From NCBI GenBank assembly GCA_031426555.1, contig JANPLN010000039.1, positions 1 to 58,045 on the forward strand: a stretch of 58,045 bases of DNA. The letters are read 5' to 3'. The DNA comes from Bdellovibrionales bacterium (GTDB lineage Bacteria; Bdellovibrionota; Bdellovibrionia; Bdellovibrionales; JAGQZY01). A model generated the notes under the pieces. It was given only the letters and a program-made list of their open reading frames with translations. It ran no database searches and was not told where the DNA came from. Positions 46,272 to 55,964 of this stretch are shown here, one piece after another (positions within the stretch are counted from its first letter, which is position 1; the number at the start of each line of letters is the position of its first letter). Both the position numbers and the translations under genes were made by a program.

Positions 46272-46559
46272 ATGTTTTTACAATTAAATCCACCCATTCC
46301 AGTGGAAACCTCGAAGGGTCCTGGTATCGCTCATTTTTTGGTAGATTATTCCGTTGAGCATGATCTCTATTGGGTTGTTTTTCTGGACAACTCCGGCGAA
46401 TGTTGGACTTTAAATAACAAGGAAATTCGTGCGCAAAAAAACATCTCGATCGGAAGACATCATGTCGAATCTTTTAATAAAATCCCTCCAAATACGCACA
46501 AGTCCATCCCACCTGCAACCACGGTGCACTCAACCACGGTGCACTTTGGAAGATCTTAA
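46272..46559 (+). CDS. Small hypothetical protein
   Basis: AAGGAG RBS; MFLQLNPPIPVETSKGPG...SGECWT. Confidence 0.75.
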   Translation: MFLQLNPPIPVETSKGPGIAHFLVDYSVEHDLYWVVFLDNSGECWTLNNKEIRAQKNISIGRHHVESFNKIPPNTHKSIPPATTVHSTTVHFGRS

Positions 46560-46564
46560 AACCC

Positions 46565-47389
46565 ATGGGGTCTGAATTTTTAAAAAAAAGATTTTCCAAT
46601 CTAATTTCGCAAATCAACGAGCACGATATCTACATGCTGGCCTCTTCGCTCGCCTTTAATTTAGTGCTCGCCGTGGCGCCGTTTTTAATTCTTCTTTTGA
46701 TTGGCGCAGCGCTTTTGCCGGCGTTTTACAAATCCCTCGTGGTTGCGGAGTCGCAGAACATGCTGGGTCCCGATGCTGGCACCTTTATGGGCTTGATTGT
46801 TCGCGGCGCCGAAAACAATCAGTATTACAGCGGGATCAGCGGATACATTTCGTTAGTGGTGATTTTGATTTCTGCTTCGTCGATTTTTTCGCAATTGCAG
46901 TATGGAATGGATAAAATTAATGGCACCGAGAGTAGTACAAAACCCTGGAGCCTTTTAGTTTTCCTTAAAGAGCGAGTGGCATTTTTATTTTTTTTATTTG
47001 GCATGGTGGTGCTGATGCTCACGTCCCTTGTGGTGAGCACCTTTGTAAATAGTTTTATGGAGGGAACGCAGGCCCTCGTCTATCTCACATTTTCCTTTGT
47101 GATCACAGTGGCCTTACAAACTTTGGTGTTCGCCTGCATTTTTCATTTTATCCCCACCGAGCGCTTTACGTGGGCGCGAAGTTTTGTTTCGGGCTTTATC
47201 GCCGCCTTATTTTTTGCCATCGGCAAAGAACTGGTGAGTCTTTATTTAGGACGATCTGCAGTGGCCTCGATTTATGGAGCCGCAGGCTCGGCCATTATTT
47301 TTTTGCTGTGGCTGTATTATTGCTCGCTGACTTTTTATATCAGCCACGAATTCACTAATAATTTTTTCTTCAGGAAGAAAACTCGATAA
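46565..47389 (+). CDS. YihY/BrkB-family membrane protein
   Basis: LASSLAF...[21 protein letters not shown]. Confidence 0.9.
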   Translation: MGSEFLKKRFSNLISQINEHDIYMLASSLAFNLVLAVAPFLILLLIGAALLPAFYKSLVVAESQNMLGPDAGTFMGLIVRGAENNQYYSGISGYISLVVILISASSIFSQLQYGMDKINGTESSTKPWSLLVFLKERVAFLFFLFGMVVLMLTSLVVSTFVNSFMEGTQALVYLTFSFVITVALQTLVFACIFHFIPTERFTWARSFVSGFIAALFFAIGKELVSLYLGRSAVASIYGAAGSAIIFLLWLYYCSLTFYISHEFTNNFFFRKKTR

Positions 47390-50372
47390 ACTTGCTTAAA
47401 CACTCCTGCAGTTTAATTCGATTCACGGGCTTACATAGATACTCATTAAACCCCGCTTCCAAACAGCGCTCACGGTCGCCCTTCATGGCATGGGCCGTGA
47501 GTGCCACCACCGGTCGAGAATACTGGTGCTCTCGCAACTGGTGCACAGCCCCAAACCCATCAAGCTCTGGCATCTGCACATCCATCAGCACCACATCATA
47601 CTTATCGTGAGTGGCCTTTTCCACGCCCTCGATGCCGTTGTGGGCCACTTCGGAGTCCAAGCCCATCATGCGTAAATACGCTTGCGTTAAAATCAAATTA
47701 TCGGGGGCGTCGTCCACCACCAAAACTTTTCCGCGCGCTTTGGGTTGCAAAGACAGAATTTTTCGGTCAGTGGCCTGCGCGGACTGAGCGAGAACTTCCG
47801 GTTGATCGATAAGATCCACTTTCAGCGATACACGAAATCGACTTCCGCGATTTTCATGGCTTTCCTCAAGCACCACGTCGCCTCCCAGTAGCTGCGCAAG
47901 CTTTCGCGATAAAAACAACCCAAGACCAGTGCCGCCAAATTTTCGCGAGGTGGAATCGTCCGCTTGCACAAAAGGCTCAAACAGTCTTGCCGACTGACCG
48001 GGTGTTATGCCGATACCCGTATCGGAAATATGAAACACCAGCACCACTTTGCCCGGATTCGAAAGGTTTTCTTTTTTTAGGTGCACGCTCACACAGCCTT
48101 TATCGGTAAACTTAACGGCGTTCCCCACAATATTTAGCAAAATTTGTCGCAGTCTTAAAGGATCAGTGCTGATGGTGTCGGGAATGTCGTCGGCCACTGT
48201 CACTTTGAGGCCAATATTTTTCTCTTCCGCTTTGATCACCAAAAGCGATTTCACTTCTTCGAGCAAACGTTTTAACGAAAACGAAATTTTATCGATCTGA
48301 ATACGATCCGACTCCACCTTGGCCAGATCCAAAAGCTCGTCCACCAGGCATATCAGCTGGCGCCCATTTCTAACGATGGTCGATGAATAATTATTTTGCT
48401 CTTCGGTAAAATTTTGATTGTCCAAAAGGAGCTCAGCAAAGCCCAGCATGGCGTTGAGCGGCGTTCGGATCTCATGGCTCATGTTGGCTAAAAAGGCACT
48501 TTTCGCACGATTTGCCAACTCGGCGCGATTGAAAAGCTGTGCGTTTTCGATCGCGATGGACGCGCGTTTTGCCAAATCTTGAGCCACCGAAAGGTCGATG
48601 ACGGTAAAACTGGGTTGGGATTTTTTAGAGACCAAAGTCATCGCACCAAAGGTTTTTCCATAACTCGTTAAAGGAACAGTGATGATGGAGCTCGGCTCTG
48701 CCGCAACAATTTGCTCCAAAATCAACTTCGAAAAAAATGTTTTTGCAAGCAGGTCGCGATCGGGCTGCTGATGCAGCTGCGATTTGCCTGTAAGAATCAC
48801 TCCATTGATGCCATCGGTGTCCCTGGAATCTAGAGTGTTTTCCATGCCGGTGTGATCTGCATCGGCATTACAGGTGTGATGCACATTTTTAGAATCATTC
48901 GACAGACAAATCAGATTTGTAATGAGGTTTGTTGACGGCTCGTAAATATCGATCAGGCACCAATCGGCCATCTTATCAATAAGGAGACTGGAAAAGCAAT
49001 GCAGCATGGACTCCATATCCAGCGAACAATTCAGCGACGCGCTGGCCTCCGCCATAAAGGCCAATCGTTCAGCACTTCTTTCCGCCTCGGACCGGGCGGC
49101 CTGGGCCTGCACTAACTCCATACGTTGCTTTTCGGCGATCTTTTTTTGTGTGATGTCTTCGGCGATTCCTAGCAAATACAGGGGGGCGCCGTGTTTATCA
49201 AACAGCGGAATTTTTTTGGTGTGCAGATAACGGAGACCCTGGGTTGTTGTGATGGGTTCGTTATCAATTTCCACAACCTTTCCACCGGCTAAGACCGCGC
49301 GATCCTTTTCGGTAAACGCATCTGCTTCTGCCGCAGGAAAAAAATCATAGTCATTTTTTCCCACCAAGTCCGTACGTTTGTAACCGACGATTTTTTCTCC
49401 GGCTCTGTTAAAACGAATAAAGCGCAAGTCTTTGGCGTCTTTTACAAAAATCATATTTGGAATATTTTCGATCACCAGATCCAAAAACTTTTCAGACTCG
49501 CGCAGCTTTTCCACGGTCGCCGCATTCTCTTGCACCAATCGCGAGAGCTCCTCATTCGACTTCAACAACTGCCGTGTGCGCTCTTGCACTCCGGCCTCTA
49601 AGCGAAGATTTGAGTCGGCTAATGCTTTTTCGGCGAGTTTTCTATCGCTAATATCCAAAACGTACGCCACATTTAAATTGGGCTCAACGCAGGCGGCACC
49701 CACTAGTACGGCCACTCGATGTCCGTTCTTATGAATGTATTCTTTTTCAAAGGGCACAACACTGTGATTGTTTTTTAAATCTTCCAGCGAGCGGTTACTC
49801 ACCGGCATATATTCCGCAGGCGTGAGGTCGCGCCAGGACAAGTGTCCCGCGACCATCTCCTCCCGCGTATAACCCAGAATGCGCGAGATATGATTGTTGA
49901 TATCCAGAATCCGACCCTCAAAATCGCTAAAGATTAAACCAATCAAATTGGATTCAAAAACCCGCTGCAGGCGTTCGTCGCTCTCTTTTAAAGACGCCTG
50001 CGTGTTTTTAAGCTCTCTTAACGAGCGGTCGGCCTGTTTTTTAACTTTTTGCAACCGACTGCAGATAGTAGCAACAATAAGCCCTTCGATAAAAAACAAA
50101 CACATGCGCAAATACCACGTGTTAATGGGATCGTTTGCAAACTTCCACAGAGAAATTGTAGTGAGCATGAGCGACGCCGAAATAACGATGGCGAAAACCC
50201 CTTGAAAAAATCCGCCGTAAAGAGACGCAATGGTAATCGCTAAAAAAAACAAAAGCGTGGGGGATTCGAGACCTGCAACTTCATGAATCAGCAGTTTTAA
50301 AATGAAGGCGACGGTCACCGAAAAGATGGTGAGCAGGTACGGTTTTAATACGCTTAAATCTCTATTTAACAT
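47370..50372 (-). CDS. Membrane hybrid histidine kinase (DUF4118-like TM, 2 PAS, GAF, HisKA, HATPase, REC)
   Basis: [10 protein letters not shown] and [23 protein letters not shown] end; [18 protein letters not shown]. Confidence 0.94.
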   Translation of the reverse strand: MLNRDLSVLKPYLLTIFSVTVAFILKLLIHEVAGLESPTLLFFLAITIASLYGGFFQGVFAIVISASLMLTTISLWKFANDPINTWYLRMCLFFIEGLIVATICSRLQKVKKQADRSLRELKNTQASLKESDERLQRVFESNLIGLIFSDFEGRILDINNHISRILGYTREEMVAGHLSWRDLTPAEYMPVSNRSLEDLKNNHSVVPFEKEYIHKNGHRVAVLVGAACVEPNLNVAYVLDISDRKLAEKALADSNLRLEAGVQERTRQLLKSNEELSRLVQENAATVEKLRESEKFLDLVIENIPNMIFVKDAKDLRFIRFNRAGEKIVGYKRTDLVGKNDYDFFPAAEADAFTEKDRAVLAGGKVVEIDNEPITTTQGLRYLHTKKIPLFDKHGAPLYLLGIAEDITQKKIAEKQRMELVQAQAARSEAERSAERLAFMAEASASLNCSLDMESMLHCFSSLLIDKMADWCLIDIYEPSTNLITNLICLSNDSKNVHHTCNADADHTGMENTLDSRDTDGINGVILTGKSQLHQQPDRDLLAKTFFSKLILEQIVAAEPSSIITVPLTSYGKTFGAMTLVSKKSQPSFTVIDLSVAQDLAKRASIAIENAQLFNRAELANRAKSAFLANMSHEIRTPLNAMLGFAELLLDNQNFTEEQNNYSSTIVRNGRQLICLVDELLDLAKVESDRIQIDKISFSLKRLLEEVKSLLVIKAEEKNIGLKVTVADDIPDTISTDPLRLRQILLNIVGNAVKFTDKGCVSVHLKKENLSNPGKVVLVFHISDTGIGITPGQSARLFEPFVQADDSTSRKFGGTGLGLFLSRKLAQLLGGDVVLEESHENRGSRFRVSLKVDLIDQPEVLAQSAQATDRKILSLQPKARGKVLVVDDAPDNLILTQAYLRMMGLDSEVAHNGIEGVEKATHDKYDVVLMDVQMPELDGFGAVHQLREHQYSRPVVALTAHAMKGDRERCLEAGFNEYLCKPVNRIKLQECLSKFIEFSS

Positions 50373-50430
50373 GCGCGGTAAACTAACTTAGGTTGAGAAA
50401 AATGTCTAACTTGCCGCGCTAGTAAATCTG

Positions 50431-50874
50431 TTAAGTTTTCTCAATATGTGTTGGGGATTCCACAAATGTTAATTGTTTAACATCAATATTCACCGATTTT
50501 AAAAGTTCAATGGACTCCGTGGAGCGATAGGGGTTGCGAAAAAATACTTTTCGAACCCCGCCCAAGTTGATCAACCGTTTTGCGCAGGCCACGCAGGGCA
50601 AATGAGTCACAAAAACATGTTTCTCCAAAGCGCGGGGAGAGTCGCAATTGATAACGGCGTTTTCCTCAGAATGCAAACAGCCGCAGTTGCCCACATCGGT
50701 GCGATCGCACTGATTTGGCAAGCCGGCAGCGTTGCCGTTGTACCCCACCGCAAGAACTTTGCGGTAGTCCGTGGAGGTGATCACGGTGCCCACGTTCAAG
50801 CGGTGGCAGGTGGAGCGTGCGGCCAGCGCCTGGGCAAGCTGCATGTAAATTTCTTCAAAACTTGGACGATTCAT
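50431..50874 (-). CDS. dCMP deaminase-family protein
   Basis: RSTC, GYNG, HSEEN, PCVAC zinc motifs. Confidence 0.9.
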   Translation of the reverse strand: MNRPSFEEIYMQLAQALAARSTCHRLNVGTVITSTDYRKVLAVGYNGNAAGLPNQCDRTDVGNCGCLHSEENAVINCDSPRALEKHVFVTHLPCVACAKRLINLGGVRKVFFRNPYRSTESIELLKSVNIDVKQLTFVESPTHIEKT

Positions 50875-50897
50875 TGTGGGTTTTCCTTAAGCCGTTG

Positions 50898-51836
50898 TCA
50901 TATTCTAGGCACTACCAGTTGTAAAGCCTTGGGTAAGGACTTTACTTCGAGGGGAGCCTCCATATGAAACAGCTCTCCATCCAGGGCCACGTCGTGAGAT
51001 TTGCGTTTTGTATGGATGGTCATTGACCGCATGCAGAAACTTTCCACGTCTTTATCGGAGTTGATCTTGCCGGTCATTCCATGGAACAAAATGCGCAGCA
51101 CAGAGGACCGAGTCACCGGTTTAAATAACACCACAGCCAGCATGTCTTTTTTCATGCAGGCGGCGACGTCGAAATTCAAATTGCTGAGTTGCAGGTAATT
51201 ATTGCCAATAAATATCATGGGGGTCTTGCGCTCCACTGATAAAGTGTCGCCGCCCTGGGCGACTCCATGATCACCGCTTTCGAATTTTGCGTGCAGGAGG
51301 CGCTGGGAACTTAGCATGCTCTTCAGCGTAGAGAGAGTAGCCACCAAGCGATTGCGGCCAAAGCGTTTGGTATTTTGCTCGCGCTCGGCAATGGACTTTG
51401 CATACAAGCCCACGCTGGCATTGATTAAAAACATATGGCCGTTAACTTCGCCAAGGCGAACGGCTTTCACATCGCCGGTCAGCGCATCGCGAATGGCCTG
51501 TTCGGGCACTTCCGAAAGTTTGTGAGTGCGTGCAAAAAAATTAAACGTGCCGATGGCAATAGCGCCAAAGCGCACATCGGCTAAGGCCGCGGCTTCGGCC
51601 ACCGCGCGAATGGTGCCGTCGCCGCCAGCGGCTAAAACAACGCCACCGTCGTCGGCGGCGTGGTTCACAGCTACTTGGATTTGTTTTTTAAACTGCTCTG
51701 CATCTGTCGGAGAGTAGGTCACAAGCTGGCGGCCCAGCTCATCGCAGATCTTTTGCGCGATCACCGGGATGTCTTCGCCAAGGCCCTTTCCAGAGCGAGT
51801 GTTGGCAATCAAATAAACACGATTGTTCACAGTCAT
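50898..51836 (-). CDS. Diacylglycerol/lipid kinase family protein (YegS-like)
   Basis: NTRSG, AGGDGT, GTFNFFA, DGE. Confidence 0.9.
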   Translation of the reverse strand: MTVNNRVYLIANTRSGKGLGEDIPVIAQKICDELGRQLVTYSPTDAEQFKKQIQVAVNHAADDGGVVLAAGGDGTIRAVAEAAALADVRFGAIAIGTFNFFARTHKLSEVPEQAIRDALTGDVKAVRLGEVNGHMFLINASVGLYAKSIAEREQNTKRFGRNRLVATLSTLKSMLSSQRLLHAKFESGDHGVAQGGDTLSVERKTPMIFIGNNYLQLSNLNFDVAACMKKDMLAVVLFKPVTRSSVLRILFHGMTGKINSDKDVESFCMRSMTIHTKRKSHDVALDGELFHMEAPLEVKSLPKALQLVVPRI

Positions 51837-51892
51837 GCCGCCAAGTATTCCTTAGAGCAAGAATAAGGTCAATTGAGTTGATTTTGGCTCAA

Positions 51893-51992
51893 GTGGAAAA
51901 TGCGTACTTTTTGTTTTTTTATGGATAAAAATTTCTCAGATAGCAAGGCAGGTCCACGGAAAAAGGCACACGCGCAAGGCATCTACATTGCA
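51893..51992 (+). promoter_or_regulatory. Candidate UAS plus sigma54 promoter
   Basis: GTGG-AAAATGC-GTAC (51893-51907) and AGGCAT-CTACA-TTGCA (51977-51992). Confidence 0.58.
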
Positions 51993-52004
51993 ACACTAAG
52001 ATTT

Positions 52005-52109
52005 ATGAAAAAACCAAAAATCACAAAAAAGCCACAACCACCTCCACAAAAAAAACCACAACCGACTGTAGAAGACGCCCCAAAGGTGGGCGAAGAATCA
52101 GCACCCTAA
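52005..52109 (+). CDS. Possible 34-aa Lys/Pro-rich peptide
   Basis: MKKPKITKKPQPPPQKKPQPTVEDAPKVGEESAP; ATG ~2 nt from the predicted sigma54 +1; no RBS. Confidence 0.45.
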   Translation: MKKPKITKKPQPPPQKKPQPTVEDAPKVGEESAP

Positions 52110-52150
52110 AGGCTCGTTAATTTATTTCGGCAATGCACCGAAATGCTTCT

Positions 52151-54055
52151 ATGAGCTCTAAAAAATTATTATCCAAATCCCGTTTTAAAATCGCTCTCGA
52201 ATGCCCCACCAAGCTGTATTACAACGCCCATAGCGAGTACTACAGCAAAAAGGCCGACGACGAGTTTTTAAAGGCCCTGGCCCGTGGGGGATTTCAGGTG
52301 GGCGAACTCGCAAAGGCTTACTACCCCGAAGGCGTGGACATCCAGACGTTGGACAAGGACCAAGCTCTAGCTCTTACCAACGAACAGCTCAAAAAAGACC
52401 GCGCGGTGATTTTCGAAGCTGCAGTCCAGGTAGAAGATTTTTTAATTCGCGTCGATATTCTGATCAAAAATAAAAACTCGCTGCATTTGATCGAAGTGAA
52501 GGCCAAAAGTTTCGATCCCACCTTGGATAATCCCTTTTACACAAAAACATCGGTTAAAAACGGGGAGCCCAAGATTTCTTCGGACTGGGACGAGTACCTC
52601 AACGATATCGCCTTTCAAAAACAAGTGGTAAAACTTGCGTTTCCAAAGGCGAATGTGACCGCATCGCTGATGCTTGCCGATAAATCCAAAGTGGCCACGG
52701 TGGATGGCCTCAATCAAATGTTCCTTTTGAAAAAAAAATCAAACGGTCAAACATCGGCGGTGCGCGTTGGCACGGGCGATCTGGGCGAAAAGGTTTTGTG
52801 CGAAGTGAACGCGGACCAGGAAACCAATTTGCTGCTTTCCGCTCCTGACTTTTTAAAAAAAGCCCGCCACTGGGCCGAGCTTTTAAAAAATGATATTAAA
52901 GAGTCCACTCCCATTGGTTCCCATTGCAAAGGCTGCGAGTATCAGCTCACCGAACACGCGCCCCCAAAGGCAAAAAATGGCTTTCAAGAATGTTGGAACG
53001 TCGCTAAAAACGAAGTGCCCGTTCTAAAAATCTGGAACTTTCGAAAGACCGACGACTTGCTCTCCGAAGGCAAAAAATATTTTAGCCAATTGCGAGAGGA
53101 TGATGTCGCCCCAAAACCCGACAGCAAAAAGCCCGGTATGTCACAAACCGAGCGCCAGTGGTATCAGGTGCAATGCGTACAAAAAAACACAAATACACCA
53201 GTGATCGATCACGGCGGACTTTCCAGTGCCATGGGCGAGTGGGTGTATCCGCTCAATTTTATTGATTTTGAGACCACCATGTCGGCCTTGCCGTTTCATA
53301 AAGGCCGCAGGCCCTACGAGCAACTGGCGTTTCAATTTTCCCATCACATCCTCCACGCCGACGGGCGAGTGGTGCACGCGGCAGAGCATATCCATCGCGA
53401 AGAGGGCACGTTTCCAAACTTCGAATTCGTACGCGCTCTTAAAAAAGCCCTCAGCCAAAACCAAGGAACGGTGTTTCGCTACTCCCATCACGAAAACACA
53501 GTGCTTGTGCAAATTCACGAACAGGTGCAAGCGAGCGACGAGGGTGATCGCGACGAACTGTGCTCGTGGATCGAAACCATTACTCATAAAAGCCAAGGCA
53601 AAAAAGTAATGTGGCAAGGCCCGCGCGACATGCTCGATCTGTGCGATTTGGTGAAGCGCTATTACTATCATCCAAAAACCCAAGGCTCAAATTCCATCAA
53701 ATTCGTTCTTCCCGCAATCATCGCCGAATCTAAAGCCGTACAAAAAAAGTTCTCCGAGTGGATCACCTTTGACGAAGCGGGGAATCCCAAAGATCCCTAC
53801 AAGCTGCTGGGACCGCTGCTAGAAGGCTACGACAACGATCAGATTGAAGAGTTATTATTCCAAGGTGAAGATATCAAAGACGGCGGCGCCGCTTCCACAG
53901 CTTACGCCATGATGCAATTTACCCAGATGTCACAAATGGAGCGCGAACGAATCCTCAAAGCGCTCCTCAAGTACTGCCACCTCGACACCTTAGCCATGGT
54001 CATGCTCGCCGTGCATTGGCTTGAAGTAACGGGTGTAAAACAAAAGGTCGGGTAG
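52151..54055 (+). CDS. DUF2779-type protein: PD-(D/E)xK nuclease-like plus RNase H-like exonuclease domain
   Basis: LSKSRF..ECPTKLY, RVDIL..LIEVK, CKGCEY..CW, FIDFET, FQFSHH, SNSIKFVLP, YCHLDT; ORF track start 52133. Confidence 0.82.
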   Translation: MSSKKLLSKSRFKIALECPTKLYYNAHSEYYSKKADDEFLKALARGGFQVGELAKAYYPEGVDIQTLDKDQALALTNEQLKKDRAVIFEAAVQVEDFLIRVDILIKNKNSLHLIEVKAKSFDPTLDNPFYTKTSVKNGEPKISSDWDEYLNDIAFQKQVVKLAFPKANVTASLMLADKSKVATVDGLNQMFLLKKKSNGQTSAVRVGTGDLGEKVLCEVNADQETNLLLSAPDFLKKARHWAELLKNDIKESTPIGSHCKGCEYQLTEHAPPKAKNGFQECWNVAKNEVPVLKIWNFRKTDDLLSEGKKYFSQLREDDVAPKPDSKKPGMSQTERQWYQVQCVQKNTNTPVIDHGGLSSAMGEWVYPLNFIDFETTMSALPFHKGRRPYEQLAFQFSHHILHADGRVVHAAEHIHREEGTFPNFEFVRALKKALSQNQGTVFRYSHHENTVLVQIHEQVQASDEGDRDELCSWIETITHKSQGKKVMWQGPRDMLDLCDLVKRYYYHPKTQGSNSIKFVLPAIIAESKAVQKKFSEWITFDEAGNPKDPYKLLGPLLEGYDNDQIEELLFQGEDIKDGGAASTAYAMMQFTQMSQMERERILKALLKYCHLDTLAMVMLAVHWLEVTGVKQKVG

Positions 54056-54164
54056 ACGATACTGAGCCGGTCCTTCATTGGTGATTTCATCACGATACTA
54101 TTTGGCAGCAGCTCGCATCCAATACAAAAGACTCAAATCGCTTTCTGCATTGATTAACACGAAA

Positions 54165-54929
54165 TCAGTTTAATGGGGCGTCTGGGGGTCGAAGGAGAGA
54201 TTGTCCATAGGGTTTAAAAATGCTTTTATCCAGATCGAAGGTCAGCTGCTCCCAATAGTCGGGGCGTTCAAAGTAGAAGCTTCGCAGGAGCAGCCTTTGC
54301 CTATGGGACGGATCTTGTACGATTTTAGAATCGGGCAAAAATCCAAAGTGATCCCACACGGCCTCATTAGGTTCGAAGGTGACCCCTGTGTAGTTAAATT
54401 TTTCGAAAAGATGTCGAATGGCAACAAGTGTTGAGTCCATTATTTTTGCGCCGGGTTCAATGCCAACGATGGAAACACTTTGTCCGTAAAGGAGGGATGT
54501 GGAGCTAAAGCGCACGCCGCTATTTTGCAGTTCAATGACTCGGCCTACTTTAATAAGAGCCTTCCTTAAAGGATAGATGGACCCCTCACTGCCAAACAGA
54601 GTGGTGGGATCCACAGGGAGTGTAATAACGGTGTCTTCGACAATAAATTTTCCACCAACATGTCGAGAGAAGATGACAGGTTCAGTGTGAAGTCTGCTTA
54701 AAGAGACGGTTCCGCCTCGGGTGGGATCCCAAAACTCAAACTGAACACCTTGCTGCTGCAGCTTATGGACAAGATCAGAATAGTTCTGATTATAGAAGTA
54801 ATTTTTATTGAGTTTATTTTGGAGCAAACGCTCTTTGAATTTCGAAAAAATTTCCATGCAGGACATCGGTTCAGCCGCAGCAGTGTTTTGCCATATAAAA
54901 AAATGAGCTAAAATGAGAAGCAAACGCAT
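54165..54929 (-). CDS. Hypothetical secreted protein
   Basis: Signal peptide ending AAA; GAGG RBS. Confidence 0.65.
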   Translation of the reverse strand: MRLLLILAHFFIWQNTAAAEPMSCMEIFSKFKERLLQNKLNKNYFYNQNYSDLVHKLQQQGVQFEFWDPTRGGTVSLSRLHTEPVIFSRHVGGKFIVEDTVITLPVDPTTLFGSEGSIYPLRKALIKVGRVIELQNSGVRFSSTSLLYGQSVSIVGIEPGAKIMDSTLVAIRHLFEKFNYTGVTFEPNEAVWDHFGFLPDSKIVQDPSHRQRLLLRSFYFERPDYWEQLTFDLDKSIFKPYGQSLLRPPDAPLN

Positions 54930-55222
54930 AGGAACCTCGTGAACAGAAGGTCCTTATAACCCATCAATGCGGGGAGTATCATCTTTCGCCAAAGATTTTG
55001 TAAAATAGTAAAGATTTAGCTGAATGAGACATCGCTCGAATTAAAACAGACTTACGCGGGGGAAGTTATTCCCCGTCACTTATGCACTTAACGATAATTA
55101 TACTCCTTAATAATCGAGAGCCTTGCTTCTGGAAGTTTTGAGACCACTTACAGACGGACCAATATTTGCAGTGTTAAAATTTAGCAAATCTACGACTTTC
55201 GCAGAATAAGGATAAACCAAAA

Positions 55223-55915
55223 ATGCTCCACGAATTTTTATTGAAGAATCAGGAAAAAATATTAGCTCTGACTGAAGAGAAAGCGCAGGAGCTTGCGGGA
55301 GATCACCCCAGTTCAGATCAACTCAAGCGGGGGCTACCCAAATTCTACGTGCAGGTCATCGAGGTTATCCGCAACGCCGGCAAACCTTCGGCTCCTCCAG
55401 CTAAAGACATAGAAGCGATAGCAAGAGCCGCCGACCAAGGGGATGAACCTGCAATGGCGGTAGCAGCCGGGCAACCACTCGAAGCAGAAATTGCGAGAGC
55501 AGCAGGCGATCATGGTACTGAATTGGTGCGACTCGGCTACACACTTTCCCACGTCGTACATGCTTACGGAGCCATGTGCCAGGCAATTACGGAAGTTGCG
55601 TCGAGGGACAATTATCCCGTTACAGCCACAGAATTTCACGCGCTGAATAGATGTTTGGACGTTGCCATTGCCGGTGCAGTAACGGTGTATCAGGCTGTTC
55701 AAGACGCTGCTAAAGAGCAAAGCGAAGAAAGCATACTACCAGCGTCTTTAGCCCGTGAAATGCGAAATTTACTAGCGAGTGCAAATGTTGCGTTTCAATC
55801 AATCAAAAGTGGGGCGGTTGGATTTAGTGGCAGCACGGGACAAGTTTTGGAAAAAAGTTTGAAGCGGCTAGAGGAAATCATCGATCGTTCACTGAATCAG
55901 GAAAAGTTTGATTGA
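55223..55915 (+). CDS. RsbRD-N-like sensor fused to a degenerate HisKA helix (His replaced by Arg), no ATPase domain
   Basis: HGTELVRLGYTLSHVVHAYGAMCQAIT...LNRCLDVAIAGAV; LAREMRNLL where HE(L/M)RN is expected. Confidence 0.7.
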   Translation: MLHEFLLKNQEKILALTEEKAQELAGDHPSSDQLKRGLPKFYVQVIEVIRNAGKPSAPPAKDIEAIARAADQGDEPAMAVAAGQPLEAEIARAAGDHGTELVRLGYTLSHVVHAYGAMCQAITEVASRDNYPVTATEFHALNRCLDVAIAGAVTVYQAVQDAAKEQSEESILPASLAREMRNLLASANVAFQSIKSGAVGFSGSTGQVLEKSLKRLEEIIDRSLNQEKFD

Positions 55916-55964
55916 TTGGGAAAAAATATAGTCAAAAGTTTTTGAGCGTGCTAGGTTTTTTTGC

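Noticed and set aside
51856..51871. Minus-strand TGACCT-TATTC-TTGCT upstream of the lipid kinase gene
   Set aside because: Lacks the invariant GG at -24, so not called although the gene family fits the regulon
52151..54055. Calling the nuclease cas4
   Set aside because: No CRISPR or cas context, and an extra exonuclease-like domain; only the Cys/nuclease pattern is shared
54..54434. Many 60-180 aa ORFs overlapping longer genes (e.g. 54..395, 3214..3699, 7965..8510, 14046..14546, 17573..18037, 53141..53683)
   Set aside because: Alternative-frame or antisense shadows with no recognisable motifs
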